60,270 nt of DNA from NCBI GenBank assembly GCA_035402645.1, contig DAONDQ010000005.1, positions 1-60,270 on the forward strand. The letters are read 5' to 3'. This DNA is from Candidatus Cloacimonadota bacterium (GTDB taxonomy: Bacteria > Cloacimonadota > Cloacimonadia > Cloacimonadales > DAONDQ01). Below are positions 11,228 to 21,675 of this stretch, one piece after another (within the stretch, counting starts at the first letter, position 1; each line of letters starts with the position of its first letter). The notes under the pieces are model-generated. The model was not told where the DNA came from. It made no database searches and worked only from the letters and a program-made list of their open reading frames with translations. Both the position numbers and the translations under genes were made by a program.

Positions 11228-12295
11228 ATGCCTGATTTTAAAAAAGGGAAAATGCTCGATATGATGTTAGCAATACATGAACACCAGGGAAGCTTTAGTG
11301 ATCGTTGGATCAAGTACTGTGATGAGAAATCTATCCCATATAAAATAGTAAATTGCTATGATTCTGATATCATTGCGCAGTTAAAAGTATGTGACGGCTT
11401 GATGTGGCATTGGAGTCATGATGATTATCGAGATCAAAATTTTGCACGTCAGTTGATCTTTGCTGTTGAAAAAATTGGAATTAAAGTATTCCCTAATTTT
11501 GATTCCTGCTGGCATTTTGATGATAAGGTAGGGCAAAAATATCTTCTTGAATCGATAGATGCCCCCTTGGTTCCTTCTTATGTATTTTTTAATAAAGAAG
11601 ATGCTTTGAAATGGATATTCAAAACAAGCTTCCCCAAAGTATTTAAATTAAGGGGTGGAGCCGGCTCGCTAAATGTTAAACTAGTAAAAGATAGAAACGT
11701 AGCGATCAAGCTTACTCAAAAAGCATTTAGGACTGGATTTCCTCTTGTTGACAGGTTCTCAGGGCTAAATCAACGGTTTTGGATACTTCGCAGGGACAAG
11801 AACTTCAAATCTCTCATAAAACTGTTCAAAGGTTTTTTACGTCTTTTTTGGCAAAGGACTGGAGTTGATCTACTGCAACGCCAAAAAGGCTATGTTTACT
11901 TTCAGGAGTTCGTACCAAACAATCAATTTGATGATAGAATAATAATTATCGGAGATCGAGCCATAGCCCTTAGGAGATTTGTTCGGACTAACGATTTTAA
12001 AGCTTCCGGAAGTGGTATTTTCCAACATGCAAAAGAATTATTCGATCCAAGAGCTATAGATATTGCATTTAAAATATCAAAAGCTTTAAATGCTCAGTCA
12101 CTTGCTTTTGATTTTGTATATGATTCCGATAATACTCCCTTTATCGTTGAAGTAAGCTATGGCTATGCAATGGGCGAAGCTTATGACAGTTGTCCCGGTT
12201 ATTGGGATAATGATTTGAAATGGCATGTGGAACCTGTCAATCCACAAGTGTTTATTATAGAAGACTTTGTTAATTCGATTAACCATCAGGATTAA
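11228..12295 (+). CDS. RimK-like ATP-grasp ligase (second copy)
   Basis: HFDDKVGQKY, FPKVFKLRGGAGS, YFQEF, DFKASGSG, AFDF.....VEVSY motifs. Confidence 0.8.
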   Translation: MPDFKKGKMLDMMLAIHEHQGSFSDRWIKYCDEKSIPYKIVNCYDSDIIAQLKVCDGLMWHWSHDDYRDQNFARQLIFAVEKIGIKVFPNFDSCWHFDDKVGQKYLLESIDAPLVPSYVFFNKEDALKWIFKTSFPKVFKLRGGAGSLNVKLVKDRNVAIKLTQKAFRTGFPLVDRFSGLNQRFWILRRDKNFKSLIKLFKGFLRLFWQRTGVDLLQRQKGYVYFQEFVPNNQFDDRIIIIGDRAIALRRFVRTNDFKASGSGIFQHAKELFDPRAIDIAFKISKALNAQSLAFDFVYDSDNTPFIVEVSYGYAMGEAYDSCPGYWDNDLKWHVEPVNPQVFIIEDFVNSINHQD

Positions 12296-12409
12296 ATGAT
12301 GCTATTTAATTCAATACAATTCATCTTTTTGCTATTTCAGCAATGCACTGAGATTGCATCTTCAAAACTTGATTATTATAATTTAAACATCAAGGTGAAA
12401 TAGACTTTA

Positions 12410-13522
12410 ATGAAAATACTCTTCTTCACAGATATTTTACGTGCAGGTGGTAAGGAACGCAGGATCGTTGAGTTATTAAAGAGCCTTAGTCAACAGGGTA
12501 TATCCTGCGAAATAATAGTTATGAGTGAGAAAATAGAGTATCCTCTGATTTATCAGCTTGGTATTCCCATTCATTTAATGACATATAAATTTAGAAAAGA
12601 TCCGAGTCCGCTCTGGCGTTTCTATAAAGTCTGCCGAGCATTTCGACCTGACATTGTTCACAGCTGGAGTCCCATGTGTACCTTCTATGCACTTCCAACT
12701 GTAAAAATACTCGGCATCAAGTTGGTTATCAGCCAGATTGTCAATTCACCTGGTTATGTGAAACCTTTCAGCAAAACATGGTTTGCAAATAACCTAATCT
12801 ATCCGTTTACTGATAAAATCGTTAGTAATTCTTACGCAGGTCTGAAAGATTATCACCCACCAATTTCAAAAAGTGTATGTATTCATAATGGATTTGACTT
12901 CCTGAGAACGCATAATATGGGTTCGGTGGAAGAGATTCGCAACAAATTTGAGATCGATATGCCCTATGTCGTGGGAATGGTTGCCTCCATGGGTGCCAGC
13001 AAGGATTGGGAGAGCTATTTTAAGGCAGCCGGACTGGTGCTGGATAAAAGAAGAGATATTTCCTTCCTCGCTGTCGGTGATGGTCCGAATTTTCATAAAC
13101 TGAAAGAATCGATTCCAAACCGTTTAAAGCCATTTGTTCGGTTTCTTGGGAAGCAGAATAATGTGGAAGAGATCATGAACATCTGCGACATTGGAGTTCT
13201 TTCGACCTACACGGAAGGGATATCGAATGCGATCCTTGAATTCATGGCATTGGGAAAGCCGGTCATTGCAACAGATGGTGGCGGGACGAATGAGATCATC
13301 GTCGATGAACAGACAGGATACCTGGTGAAGATCAAAGCTCCGTACTTCATTGCAGAAAAAATAAGTTATCTGCTTGATAATCCGAATCTATGCAAGAAGA
13401 TGGGGATGGCAGGGAAAACGAGAGTTGAGAACGAGTTTAGCCTAGGTAAAATGAACCAGGAATTTATAAATCTATATACGAATTTGCTTTTCAGCAAGAA
13501 AAGGAAGCATGGAGAAGAATGA
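12410..13522 (+). CDS. Glycosyltransferase family 4
   Basis: AGGKERR and EGISNAILEFMALGKPVIAT motifs. Confidence 0.9.
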   Translation: MKILFFTDILRAGGKERRIVELLKSLSQQGISCEIIVMSEKIEYPLIYQLGIPIHLMTYKFRKDPSPLWRFYKVCRAFRPDIVHSWSPMCTFYALPTVKILGIKLVISQIVNSPGYVKPFSKTWFANNLIYPFTDKIVSNSYAGLKDYHPPISKSVCIHNGFDFLRTHNMGSVEEIRNKFEIDMPYVVGMVASMGASKDWESYFKAAGLVLDKRRDISFLAVGDGPNFHKLKESIPNRLKPFVRFLGKQNNVEEIMNICDIGVLSTYTEGISNAILEFMALGKPVIATDGGGTNEIIVDEQTGYLVKIKAPYFIAEKISYLLDNPNLCKKMGMAGKTRVENEFSLGKMNQEFINLYTNLLFSKKRKHGEE

Positions 13523-14613
13523 AAGTCTTAATTTATTTAGGGCATCCGGCCCATTTTCACTTTTATAAATATGTCATCCGGGAACTCGAAAAAAAGAATC
13601 ATTCGGTTTTAGTTGTAATCAAGAAAAAAGAAATTCTGGAAGAGCTGCTGCAATTGGCGAATATGAAGTATATCAATGTCATGACTGAAGAAAGAAAGAA
13701 CTCACGATTTGCCATTGCCTGGAGCCTTTTGAAGCGTGATTTAAAGGTACTGACAATCAGTATGAAATTCCATCCCGATCTAATGATAGGTTCTTCCGTG
13801 GAAATTACACATGTTGGAAAAATTCTTAATATTCCTTCCATTGTAACCGTTGAAGATGATATAAATCATGTAAAATTCCTCGCCAAAATAGGTTACCCCT
13901 TAGCTACACGCATATTGGTTCCTACTGGTTGTAAAGTAGGTAAATTTGCATATAAAACCAACTTTTATAATGGTTATCAAAAATTAGCCTATCTGCACCC
14001 AAATTGGTTTACCCCTGATCCGGAAAAAGTTAAGCATCTTTACCAAGGAGAAAAACGTTACTTTATTCTTCGCTTAGTAGGCTTTAATGCTTATCATGAT
14101 GCCGGAGAAAGAGGCATAGATGATGCATTGGCGGAGACGATCATACATTATTTGGAACCACATGGGAAAGTATATATCAATTCGGAAAGACCGATACCAG
14201 CTCATCTTGAATCTTACCGTTTACCTATATCAGTAGATGATATACATCATGCGATGTATTACTGTTCCCTGTTTATAGCTGATTCAGGAAGTATGTGCAC
14301 TGAGTGTGCTTTGTTAGCAACACCTTCCATCAGACATTGTTCTCTGATAGGATATCAGGCATTGTTACTTGAGTTGGACCATCGTTTTCATCTGACTTTT
14401 GGAATTGAGCTATCTGAACCTGAATTAATGTTCCAGAAGATTGATGAAATTCTGGCTTTACCGGATATCAAAGCAGAATGGATGAAACGGAGAGAGGTTA
14501 TGCTTGCTGATAAAATTGATGTTACAGCATTTTTTGTTTGGTATATTGAGAATTTTCCGAAAAGTGTGGACATCCTGAACACTGATTCAGATTATCAATT
14601 TCGATTCAAATAA
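13519..14613 (+). CDS. DUF354 family GT-B fold protein
   Basis: GHPAHFHFYK, AYLHPNWFTPD, AYHDAG, DSGSMCTECALL motifs. Confidence 0.75.
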   Translation: MKVLIYLGHPAHFHFYKYVIRELEKKNHSVLVVIKKKEILEELLQLANMKYINVMTEERKNSRFAIAWSLLKRDLKVLTISMKFHPDLMIGSSVEITHVGKILNIPSIVTVEDDINHVKFLAKIGYPLATRILVPTGCKVGKFAYKTNFYNGYQKLAYLHPNWFTPDPEKVKHLYQGEKRYFILRLVGFNAYHDAGERGIDDALAETIIHYLEPHGKVYINSERPIPAHLESYRLPISVDDIHHAMYYCSLFIADSGSMCTECALLATPSIRHCSLIGYQALLLELDHRFHLTFGIELSEPELMFQKIDEILALPDIKAEWMKRREVMLADKIDVTAFFVWYIENFPKSVDILNTDSDYQFRFK

Positions 14614-14626
14614 TAGAGGAAGAATT

Positions 14627-15271
14627 ATGGGAAAAGTATTTCAGAAAGTCCTGATCCTCGCCCCCCATACGGATGATGGTGAATTTGGGTGTGGGGCCAC
14701 AATAAGTAAAATGATCAGTAGCGGTGCGGATGTGTATTATGCTGCATTTTCGACAGCAGAAGCTTCTGTTCCTGATCCATTTCCAAAAGATATTTTAAAG
14801 ACAGAAGTGAAGAATGCAACACGAGAACTCGGAATAAAACCGGAAAATCTACTGATCTTCAATTATCCGGTCAGGAACTTTGCACATCATAGGCAGGAGA
14901 TTTTGGAAGATCTGGTGGTATTGAATCGGGATATTAAGCCTGACCTTGTTTTCATGCCCTGTCTCGGTGATTTGCACCAGGATCATTCAACTCTATCACA
15001 TGAGGGGATACGTGCTTTTAAAAGGACGACCATTCTTGCTTATGAAATTCCATGGAACAATATGACCATTCATACACAGTGCTTCATCCCCGTAAGTGAG
15101 GATAACCTACAGAGGAAGATCGCTGCTCTTGATTGCTATAACTCACAGAAAGGCAGGAATTATGCATCAGAGTTGTTTATCCGTAGCTTGGCAATTACAA
15201 GAGGTACCCAGATTGGTACAACTTATGCAGAAGTTTTTGAAGTTATACGCTGGGTGATGATTGATAATTAG
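14627..15271 (+). CDS. PIG-L family N-deacetylase
   Basis: LAPHTDDGEFGCG and HQDH metal-binding motifs. Confidence 0.85.
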   Translation: MGKVFQKVLILAPHTDDGEFGCGATISKMISSGADVYYAAFSTAEASVPDPFPKDILKTEVKNATRELGIKPENLLIFNYPVRNFAHHRQEILEDLVVLNRDIKPDLVFMPCLGDLHQDHSTLSHEGIRAFKRTTILAYEIPWNNMTIHTQCFIPVSEDNLQRKIAALDCYNSQKGRNYASELFIRSLAITRGTQIGTTYAEVFEVIRWVMIDN

Positions 15272-15297
15272 AATTTAAAACCCTAAATGAGGTATAT

Positions 15298-16290
15298 ATG
15301 AAACAAATCGTAAGAAGTGTAAAGATTATTGGAACAGGTTCATACCTACCGGAAAAGATTTATACAAACGAATATCTGGAAACGGTTGTACCCACCAATG
15401 CGCAATGGGTTTATGAGAATTTGGGAATCAGGGAGAGACGTGTTGCAGAACCTGATCAACCGACAAGTGACTTAGCCGCGAAGGCTGCCTTGAAAGCAAT
15501 TGAAAATGCCAATATCACAGTTGACGATATCGATCTGATCATCGTGGCTACAGCAACTCCTGACAGGCTTGCCCCATCCACTGCCTGCTTCGTTCAGGAC
15601 AGGATCAAGGCATATAATGCAGTTTGCTTCGATATATCTGCAGTATGTTCGGGTTTTCTATATGCCATGTCAACAGCTTCACAGTTCATCGCTGCCGGTA
15701 TTTACGACCATGTCCTGGTAATCGGAGCCGATACTTTCTCCAAGATCATTGACTGGGAAAGAAGAGACTGTGTGTTCTTCGGTGATGGCGCAGGTGCAGC
15801 CATTCTGACACATACATCGGATGATGAAGGATTCCTGGCATTCAGATTGTACTCTGATGGCAGGGGAAAATACAATTTCACAATTCCTGCAGGTGGTTCA
15901 GAGATGCCTGCATCCCAGAATACACTCGATGAAAGATTGCATTATTTCCAAATGGTGGGAAGAGAAGTCTATGAAACAGGGACAAAGGTATTACCGCAGG
16001 CAATCATGCAGGTTTTAAAGGATGCCGGTATGACCATCGATGATGTGGATTACCTCATCCCGCACCAACCCAGTATTGCAATATTGAAAAAGACGGCAGA
16101 AGTAATCAATCTTCCCTTTGAGAAGGTGATGACCAATATGGATAAATACGCCAATACTTCAGGCGGAACCATTCCCATCCTGCTGGATGAAGTCAATCGG
16201 GCAGGCAAACTGAAACCGGGGAATATCATCCTGTTTGCTTCTGTTGGTTCAGGATGGACTTGGGGCGCCTCCATCATGAAGTGGGCGTAG
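15298..16290 (+). CDS. fabH: Beta-ketoacyl synthase III (FabH-like)
   Basis: Catalytic triad contexts AVCSGF, PHQPS, ANTSG; FGDGAGA motif. Confidence 0.9.
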   Translation: MKQIVRSVKIIGTGSYLPEKIYTNEYLETVVPTNAQWVYENLGIRERRVAEPDQPTSDLAAKAALKAIENANITVDDIDLIIVATATPDRLAPSTACFVQDRIKAYNAVCFDISAVCSGFLYAMSTASQFIAAGIYDHVLVIGADTFSKIIDWERRDCVFFGDGAGAAILTHTSDDEGFLAFRLYSDGRGKYNFTIPAGGSEMPASQNTLDERLHYFQMVGREVYETGTKVLPQAIMQVLKDAGMTIDDVDYLIPHQPSIAILKKTAEVINLPFEKVMTNMDKYANTSGGTIPILLDEVNRAGKLKPGNIILFASVGSGWTWGASIMKWA

Positions 16291-16298
16291 GAAAAACC

Positions 16299-16982
16299 AT
16301 GATCATCATAACAGGTGTATCAAGAGGCATTGGCAGATACCTTTGGAATCAGTTCAGGAACAGCGGGGAAGATGTCATCGGTGTGGATAAGGTCATCGCA
16401 GATGACCTGGCAAATGAACCCTCTGTTTATTACCTGGATATCACGCGTCCTCATGAGCTTGAACTATGGATAGAGAAGGTTCAGACTAAGTTATCCAAAG
16501 TTGTGCTGATCAATTGTGCAGGAATCAATTACAATGCTTTTGCGCATAAATCAGACCTCGAACAGTGGAGCAGAGTGATCCAGGTCAACCTGATCGGGAC
16601 ATTCTTTATGATTCATGCCCTGCTTCCTGTGATGAGGGAACAGAATTGGGGAAGGATCATCAATTTTGCTTCTGTTGTTGCTCAGGCAGGTGTACCTGGT
16701 ACTACTGCATATGCGGCTTCTAAAGCAGGTTTATGGGGATTATCCAAGAGCCTTTCCAAGGAAAATGCCTCAAAGGGAATCACTGTCAATTCATTGAATC
16801 TTGGTTACTTCGATGTCGGAATGATCCAAGAAGTCCCTTCCGAGATGCAGGCAAAGATCAAGGAACAGATACCGACAGGTAACTTTGGTAACCCAATGAA
16901 TATTTACAATGCCATTCGTTTTCTAATCGCATCTGATTATGTGAATGGCACGACCATAGATTTGAATGCAGGTTTATATTAG
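16299..16982 (+). CDS. SDR oxidoreductase (FabG/PhaB-like)
   Basis: TGVSRGIG, NCAG and YAASK motifs; start set at ATG16299. Confidence 0.85.
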   Translation: MIIITGVSRGIGRYLWNQFRNSGEDVIGVDKVIADDLANEPSVYYLDITRPHELELWIEKVQTKLSKVVLINCAGINYNAFAHKSDLEQWSRVIQVNLIGTFFMIHALLPVMREQNWGRIINFASVVAQAGVPGTTAYAASKAGLWGLSKSLSKENASKGITVNSLNLGYFDVGMIQEVPSEMQAKIKEQIPTGNFGNPMNIYNAIRFLIASDYVNGTTIDLNAGLY

Positions 16983-16991
16983 GAGACATGT

Positions 16992-17822
16992 ATGGCAGTA
17001 TTTGAAGTACCCGAAAAGAATATCAGGATTGTTGCGAAAGAGATCAATATAGATGAGAAGACCGAATTCGGGAGGAACATCAATATCAAATTGAAGGGTG
17101 AATTCCGAATGGGTAAGTTCAGTAATCTGGGGAACAATACTTCGATACTGGGTAATAATGTCTCCATTGGCATGCACCTGTTCAACAGTTCCGGACTTAC
17201 AATCGGTGGTGGCGGTAGACAGCATCCGAATGCAAATTTCAGTATAGGTGACCGATGCACGATCCACAATAACTTCATCAATGTTTGTGAAGAAGTTGTG
17301 ATTGGGAATGATGTTGGTCTATCACCGGATACTTCCATTCTGACACACGGTTACTGGCTTTCTGTATTAGAAGGCTTTCCGGCTACATTTTCGGGTGTCA
17401 AGATAGGGAATGGCGTGATTGTAGGTTATCGGAGCTTGATCATGATGGGAGTGGAAATTGCAGATTACTGTGTGGTCGGTGCCCAGTCCGTCGTTGCCAA
17501 GAGTCTTACACAAAAAGGCATTTATGCCGGTGTTCCCGCAAAGTTCATCAAGGAGATCAAACCCCTTGAACCGGAAGAAAAAGTGAGAAAGACACAGGAT
17601 ATTATCGATCATTATCTACCAATTGCCAAGTATCATGAACTTAACCCCAATATTGTTTTGGATTATCCATACATCACGGTGAACGATTTCAGGGTGAATG
17701 TAGAGACTTTCGAATATTCAGGAATCGAAGACGATGTATCAGATGACTTTCGTGATTATGTAAGGAAATGGGGAATCCGAATCTACACAGAAAGACCTTT
17801 TAGAAGTCATTTCACATTCTGA
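16992..17822 (+). CDS. Hexapeptide-repeat (left-handed beta-helix) acyltransferase
   Basis: Repeated [IV]G.. hexads, VVGAQSVV, YAGVPAK; RBS AGGAG. Confidence 0.85.
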   Translation: MAVFEVPEKNIRIVAKEINIDEKTEFGRNINIKLKGEFRMGKFSNLGNNTSILGNNVSIGMHLFNSSGLTIGGGGRQHPNANFSIGDRCTIHNNFINVCEEVVIGNDVGLSPDTSILTHGYWLSVLEGFPATFSGVKIGNGVIVGYRSLIMMGVEIADYCVVGAQSVVAKSLTQKGIYAGVPAKFIKEIKPLEPEEKVRKTQDIIDHYLPIAKYHELNPNIVLDYPYITVNDFRVNVETFEYSGIEDDVSDDFRDYVRKWGIRIYTERPFRSHFTF

Positions 17823-17833
17823 GTGGTCATGAA

Positions 17834-18907
17834 ATGAAAATACTATCTGTCATTGGTGCCAGACCACAATTCATCAAAGCTGCACTTCTTTCGAAGGAAA
17901 TTCGCAAGTATCACGAGGAAATCCTTGTTCATACAGGCCAACATTATAATGAGGAGATGTCTGATATTTTCTTTGAACAATTGGATATTCCTCAACCTTC
18001 ATATAATCTTGGTGTCGGTTCAGGAACGCATGGTTACCAAACAGGGCACATGATCATTGAATTGGAGAAAGTACTTCTCAGGGAAATGCCTGATTTTGTC
18101 CTGATCTATGGCGACACCAATTCAACGGTGAGCGCATCGCTTGCTGCAGTGAAACTCCATATCCCTGTTGGGCATGTGGAGGCAGGTTTACGGAACTTTG
18201 ACCTCAACATTCCCGAAGAAGTGAATCGTCTTGTGGCAGACCATATTTCAACCCTTCTTTTTGCACCTACGGAGACAGCAGTTGATAATCTGGCGAATGA
18301 AGGACTCTCTGATAAGACGTTCCTGACAGGGGATGTCATGTATGATATTCTCCTCAGGAGTTTGGATGTTTCCGAAAAGCAATCAGGGATCATGACTGAA
18401 TTGGGGCTGCGAGATAAGGACTACATACTTGCCACGATTCACAGACCGGACAATACGGATAATTCCGACAATCTGAAGAACATTATCAAAGCATTTGAGA
18501 CCTGTGGTGAAAATGTAGTAGTTCCTCTTCACCCGCGTACGTTGAAGGAAATGACGAAACAGAATATAAAAGTTGAATCTGATCATCTTAAGATCATTAC
18601 ACCTTTGGGATATATGGATTTCCTGAAACTGCTGCATCATGCGAAAAAAGTAATCACCGATTCAGGTGGGGTTCAAAAAGAGTCATATTTGTTAAAAATT
18701 CCTTGCATTACTATTTATGAATCGACATCATGGATAGAAACTGTAAGGGATGGCTGGAATATCCTAGCAAAACCTGATGTTGAAGATATCATGGATAAGA
18801 TCAGGAACTTCAATCCTTCCGGGAAACAGGGTAATTACTTTGGAGACGGCCATTCCTGTGAAAGGATTGTGGAAATCATAAATCAGTATTTGAATACCAG
18901 ATCCTGA
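17834..18907 (+). CDS. wecB: UDP-N-acetylglucosamine 2-epimerase (non-hydrolysing), copy 1
   Basis: GARPQFIK, HTGQHY, GDTNS, HVEAGLR, PEEVNR, TDSGG.QKE motifs. Confidence 0.85.
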   Translation: MKILSVIGARPQFIKAALLSKEIRKYHEEILVHTGQHYNEEMSDIFFEQLDIPQPSYNLGVGSGTHGYQTGHMIIELEKVLLREMPDFVLIYGDTNSTVSASLAAVKLHIPVGHVEAGLRNFDLNIPEEVNRLVADHISTLLFAPTETAVDNLANEGLSDKTFLTGDVMYDILLRSLDVSEKQSGIMTELGLRDKDYILATIHRPDNTDNSDNLKNIIKAFETCGENVVVPLHPRTLKEMTKQNIKVESDHLKIITPLGYMDFLKLLHHAKKVITDSGGVQKESYLLKIPCITIYESTSWIETVRDGWNILAKPDVEDIMDKIRNFNPSGKQGNYFGDGHSCERIVEIINQYLNTRS

Positions 18908-18953
18908 CATTTCATCTGGATATTGCACAATCTTGTGATGGAGATGTAGGTCT

Positions 18954-20543
18954 ATGAAATATAAAGTTACATCGTTTTTGTTCTTCTTAATCGATTTCGT
19001 TTTTGTTTATTTCTCATTTCTCTTTATCGTCAAATTGAGGGGTGGTTCTCACGTTATTATCCAGAATTACCTGATTCCGTTGATCTCATTCGGTGTGATC
19101 TGGATCATTACTTCCATGATGGGTGGCAAGTATAGGATTCATCGGGAAATGTCTTACGGAGAAATGCTTATACAGGTGCTGAAGACTGATACATATGCCC
19201 TGACAATTTGCCTTTTTCTCATTATATTCCTCCAGAAATTCTATTATTCAAGAATGCTGGTTTTCGGAACCATAATCCTGACGACAGTATCAGAGTTGGT
19301 GATCTACTCCATCATCTATTTTTCACTTCGTTTCAAACATGATGATGCTGCATATGCGAATACATCATTGGTTGCGACTGAGGATAAGATAAAGGTTTCC
19401 GAAACATCGTTGGATGATTTAACGAAACAGAAAATCATCAAGCTTCCCTATGCGCCAGAATTCCAGGTTAGCAATACTGAAGAAGCAGTGATTGTAAAAC
19501 TCTGGCAGTCTTATTTATCCAACCAGCAGCAGTTATTCGATTTCATAGATGAAAGTATTGATTTAACGAAATTCTCAAAGAATAGGACTTATGTTATCAA
19601 TAGTGAGGTGTTTTACAATATTGAGACAATTGATACCAATTCCCAGGAGTTGTTCATCAACCTGCACAAGATCAACGACCTGAGACGTTTGAACCGTTAC
19701 TTCATCAGGGTTAATCAAAATTTGGTACAGGGCGGTGTCTATGTTTTGAAAGCAGAGACAATCAGGGAAAGAGCAATGAAAATATACTCCACAGTTGGTT
19801 TGATTCTCGGTAAGATCATCTACCTGTTTGATTTTATATTCAATCGTGCCTTCCCTAAGATTCCCATGCTGCAGGGATTGTATTTTGCCATCACGCATGG
19901 CAATAATCGAGCCTTACCGGAACCGACAATCCTGGGAAGAATGTACTACTGTGGATTTGAACTGATCAGTCAAAGGGAAATCGAAGGCTATACCTATTTC
20001 ATATTCCGAAAGATCAAGGTACCCAGTACCGACGAACATCCATCCTATGGACCACTTATAAAACTGAAACGTACCGGTAAGGACGGGAAGATCTTTTACG
20101 TATATAAATTGAGAACGATGCATCCGTATTCGGAATACCTTCAGGAATTCATCTATAAGCGAAACAAACTGGAAGACTGCGGGAAGATATTCAATGACTT
20201 TCGAATCACTGCTTGGGGAAAGATTCTTCGTAAATTCTGGATCGATGAGATTCCACAAGTCATCAACCTGATCAAGGGCGATATGAGCATTGTAGGTGTC
20301 AGACCCTTAAGTGAACACTTCCTCAGTTTATATCCCGATGATGTGAAGCAATTACGGATGAAGTTCCGACCAGGAATTTTGCCTCCGGGTGTTGCAGAGG
20401 ATATTCCAAAGAGTTTTGAAGGAACTTTGGATGCTGAAAGGCAATATCTTCTTAAAAAAATGAAAAGTCCATTTATGACAGATTTTGTCTATTTCTGGCG
20501 TATTCTTTATATGATTCTATTCAATAAGACAAGAGGACAATGA
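18954..20543 (+). CDS. Initiating sugar transferase (phosphoglycosyl transferase) with N-terminal TM region
   Basis: YKLRTM, LRKFWIDEIPQ..N, GDMSIVGVRP motifs. Confidence 0.85.
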   Translation: MKYKVTSFLFFLIDFVFVYFSFLFIVKLRGGSHVIIQNYLIPLISFGVIWIITSMMGGKYRIHREMSYGEMLIQVLKTDTYALTICLFLIIFLQKFYYSRMLVFGTIILTTVSELVIYSIIYFSLRFKHDDAAYANTSLVATEDKIKVSETSLDDLTKQKIIKLPYAPEFQVSNTEEAVIVKLWQSYLSNQQQLFDFIDESIDLTKFSKNRTYVINSEVFYNIETIDTNSQELFINLHKINDLRRLNRYFIRVNQNLVQGGVYVLKAETIRERAMKIYSTVGLILGKIIYLFDFIFNRAFPKIPMLQGLYFAITHGNNRALPEPTILGRMYYCGFELISQREIEGYTYFIFRKIKVPSTDEHPSYGPLIKLKRTGKDGKIFYVYKLRTMHPYSEYLQEFIYKRNKLEDCGKIFNDFRITAWGKILRKFWIDEIPQVINLIKGDMSIVGVRPLSEHFLSLYPDDVKQLRMKFRPGILPPGVAEDIPKSFEGTLDAERQYLLKKMKSPFMTDFVYFWRILYMILFNKTRGQ

Positions 20544-21667
20544 TTAATGGAGATTTCTCTTATATGAAGAAAATACATTTGATTGTCGGTGCTCGTCCGA
20601 ATTTCATGAAGATGGCACCCCTTTACAAGGAATTTCGGAAGTTCCCAAATGAATTTGATGTGAAACTGATTCATACAGGTCAGCACTATGATGAGAAGAT
20701 GAGTCAATTCTTCTTTGATGAACTTCAGATGCCAATTCCTGATGCCTACCTGGAAGTTGGTTCCGGGTCTCATGGAGAGCAAACTGCACGTGTTCTGGAG
20801 AGGTATGAAGTTGTCTGTTTGAATGATCACCCAGATTTGGTTATTGTGGCGGGAGATGTCAATAGTTCAATGGCTTGTACCCTGGTTGCTGTCAAATTAC
20901 ACATCCCAGTGGCACATCTTGAGGCTGGTCTTCGGAGTCATGACCGTAGGATGCCCGAAGAGATCAATCGATTAGTGATAGATGCAATCTCAGATCTCTT
21001 ATTTACACCCTCTCGGGATGGGGATGAAAACCTGCTTCACGAAGGTGTATCCCCCGAAAAGATCGTATTTGTGGGAAACATCATGATTGATTCGCTCGTT
21101 GAGTATCGGTCACTTGCTGACAAATCTACAATCATGGACCAGAACGGTCTTCTTAAAGGTGAGTTCGCCTTGATCACTCTACATAGACCGTCTAATGTCG
21201 ATGAAGAGAAAGGACTTACTACGATTCTCAACGCTTTCAATGAAATTTCTGAGAAAATAAAACTAGTATTTCCCATACATCCACGAACTAGGAAGAACAT
21301 TGAAAAATTAGGTTTAGATCACATGGTGAAAAAGATGAAGAATCTACTTCTCCTTGAACCTGTAGGATATTATGATTTTATGAAGCTTCAGATGAATTCA
21401 AGCTTTGTATTAACTGATTCTGGGGGTATACAGGAAGAAAGCACCTTTTTTGGAATCCCTTGCTTAACACTACGGGAAAACACGGAAAGACCGATTACAA
21501 TCTTGGAGGGAACAAATCAATTAGTGGAGCTGAAAACAGATATTATTATAGCGAAAGTAAATGATATACTGGAAGGAAATGTCAAAAAAGGCAAGATTCC
21601 TGAATATTGGGACGGTCATACTGCGGAACGTGTGGTACAGTACTTTCTTAAGCATGGCATACAATAA
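20540..21667 (+). CDS. wecB: UDP-N-acetylglucosamine 2-epimerase (non-hydrolysing), copy 2
   Basis: GARPNFMK, HTGQHY, HLEAGLRS, PEEINR, TDSGGIQEE motifs; start may be 20564. Confidence 0.85.
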   Translation: MINGDFSYMKKIHLIVGARPNFMKMAPLYKEFRKFPNEFDVKLIHTGQHYDEKMSQFFFDELQMPIPDAYLEVGSGSHGEQTARVLERYEVVCLNDHPDLVIVAGDVNSSMACTLVAVKLHIPVAHLEAGLRSHDRRMPEEINRLVIDAISDLLFTPSRDGDENLLHEGVSPEKIVFVGNIMIDSLVEYRSLADKSTIMDQNGLLKGEFALITLHRPSNVDEEKGLTTILNAFNEISEKIKLVFPIHPRTRKNIEKLGLDHMVKKMKNLLLLEPVGYYDFMKLQMNSSFVLTDSGGIQEESTFFGIPCLTLRENTERPITILEGTNQLVELKTDIIIAKVNDILEGNVKKGKIPEYWDGHTAERVVQYFLKHGIQ

Positions 21668-21675
21668 GGATAACG

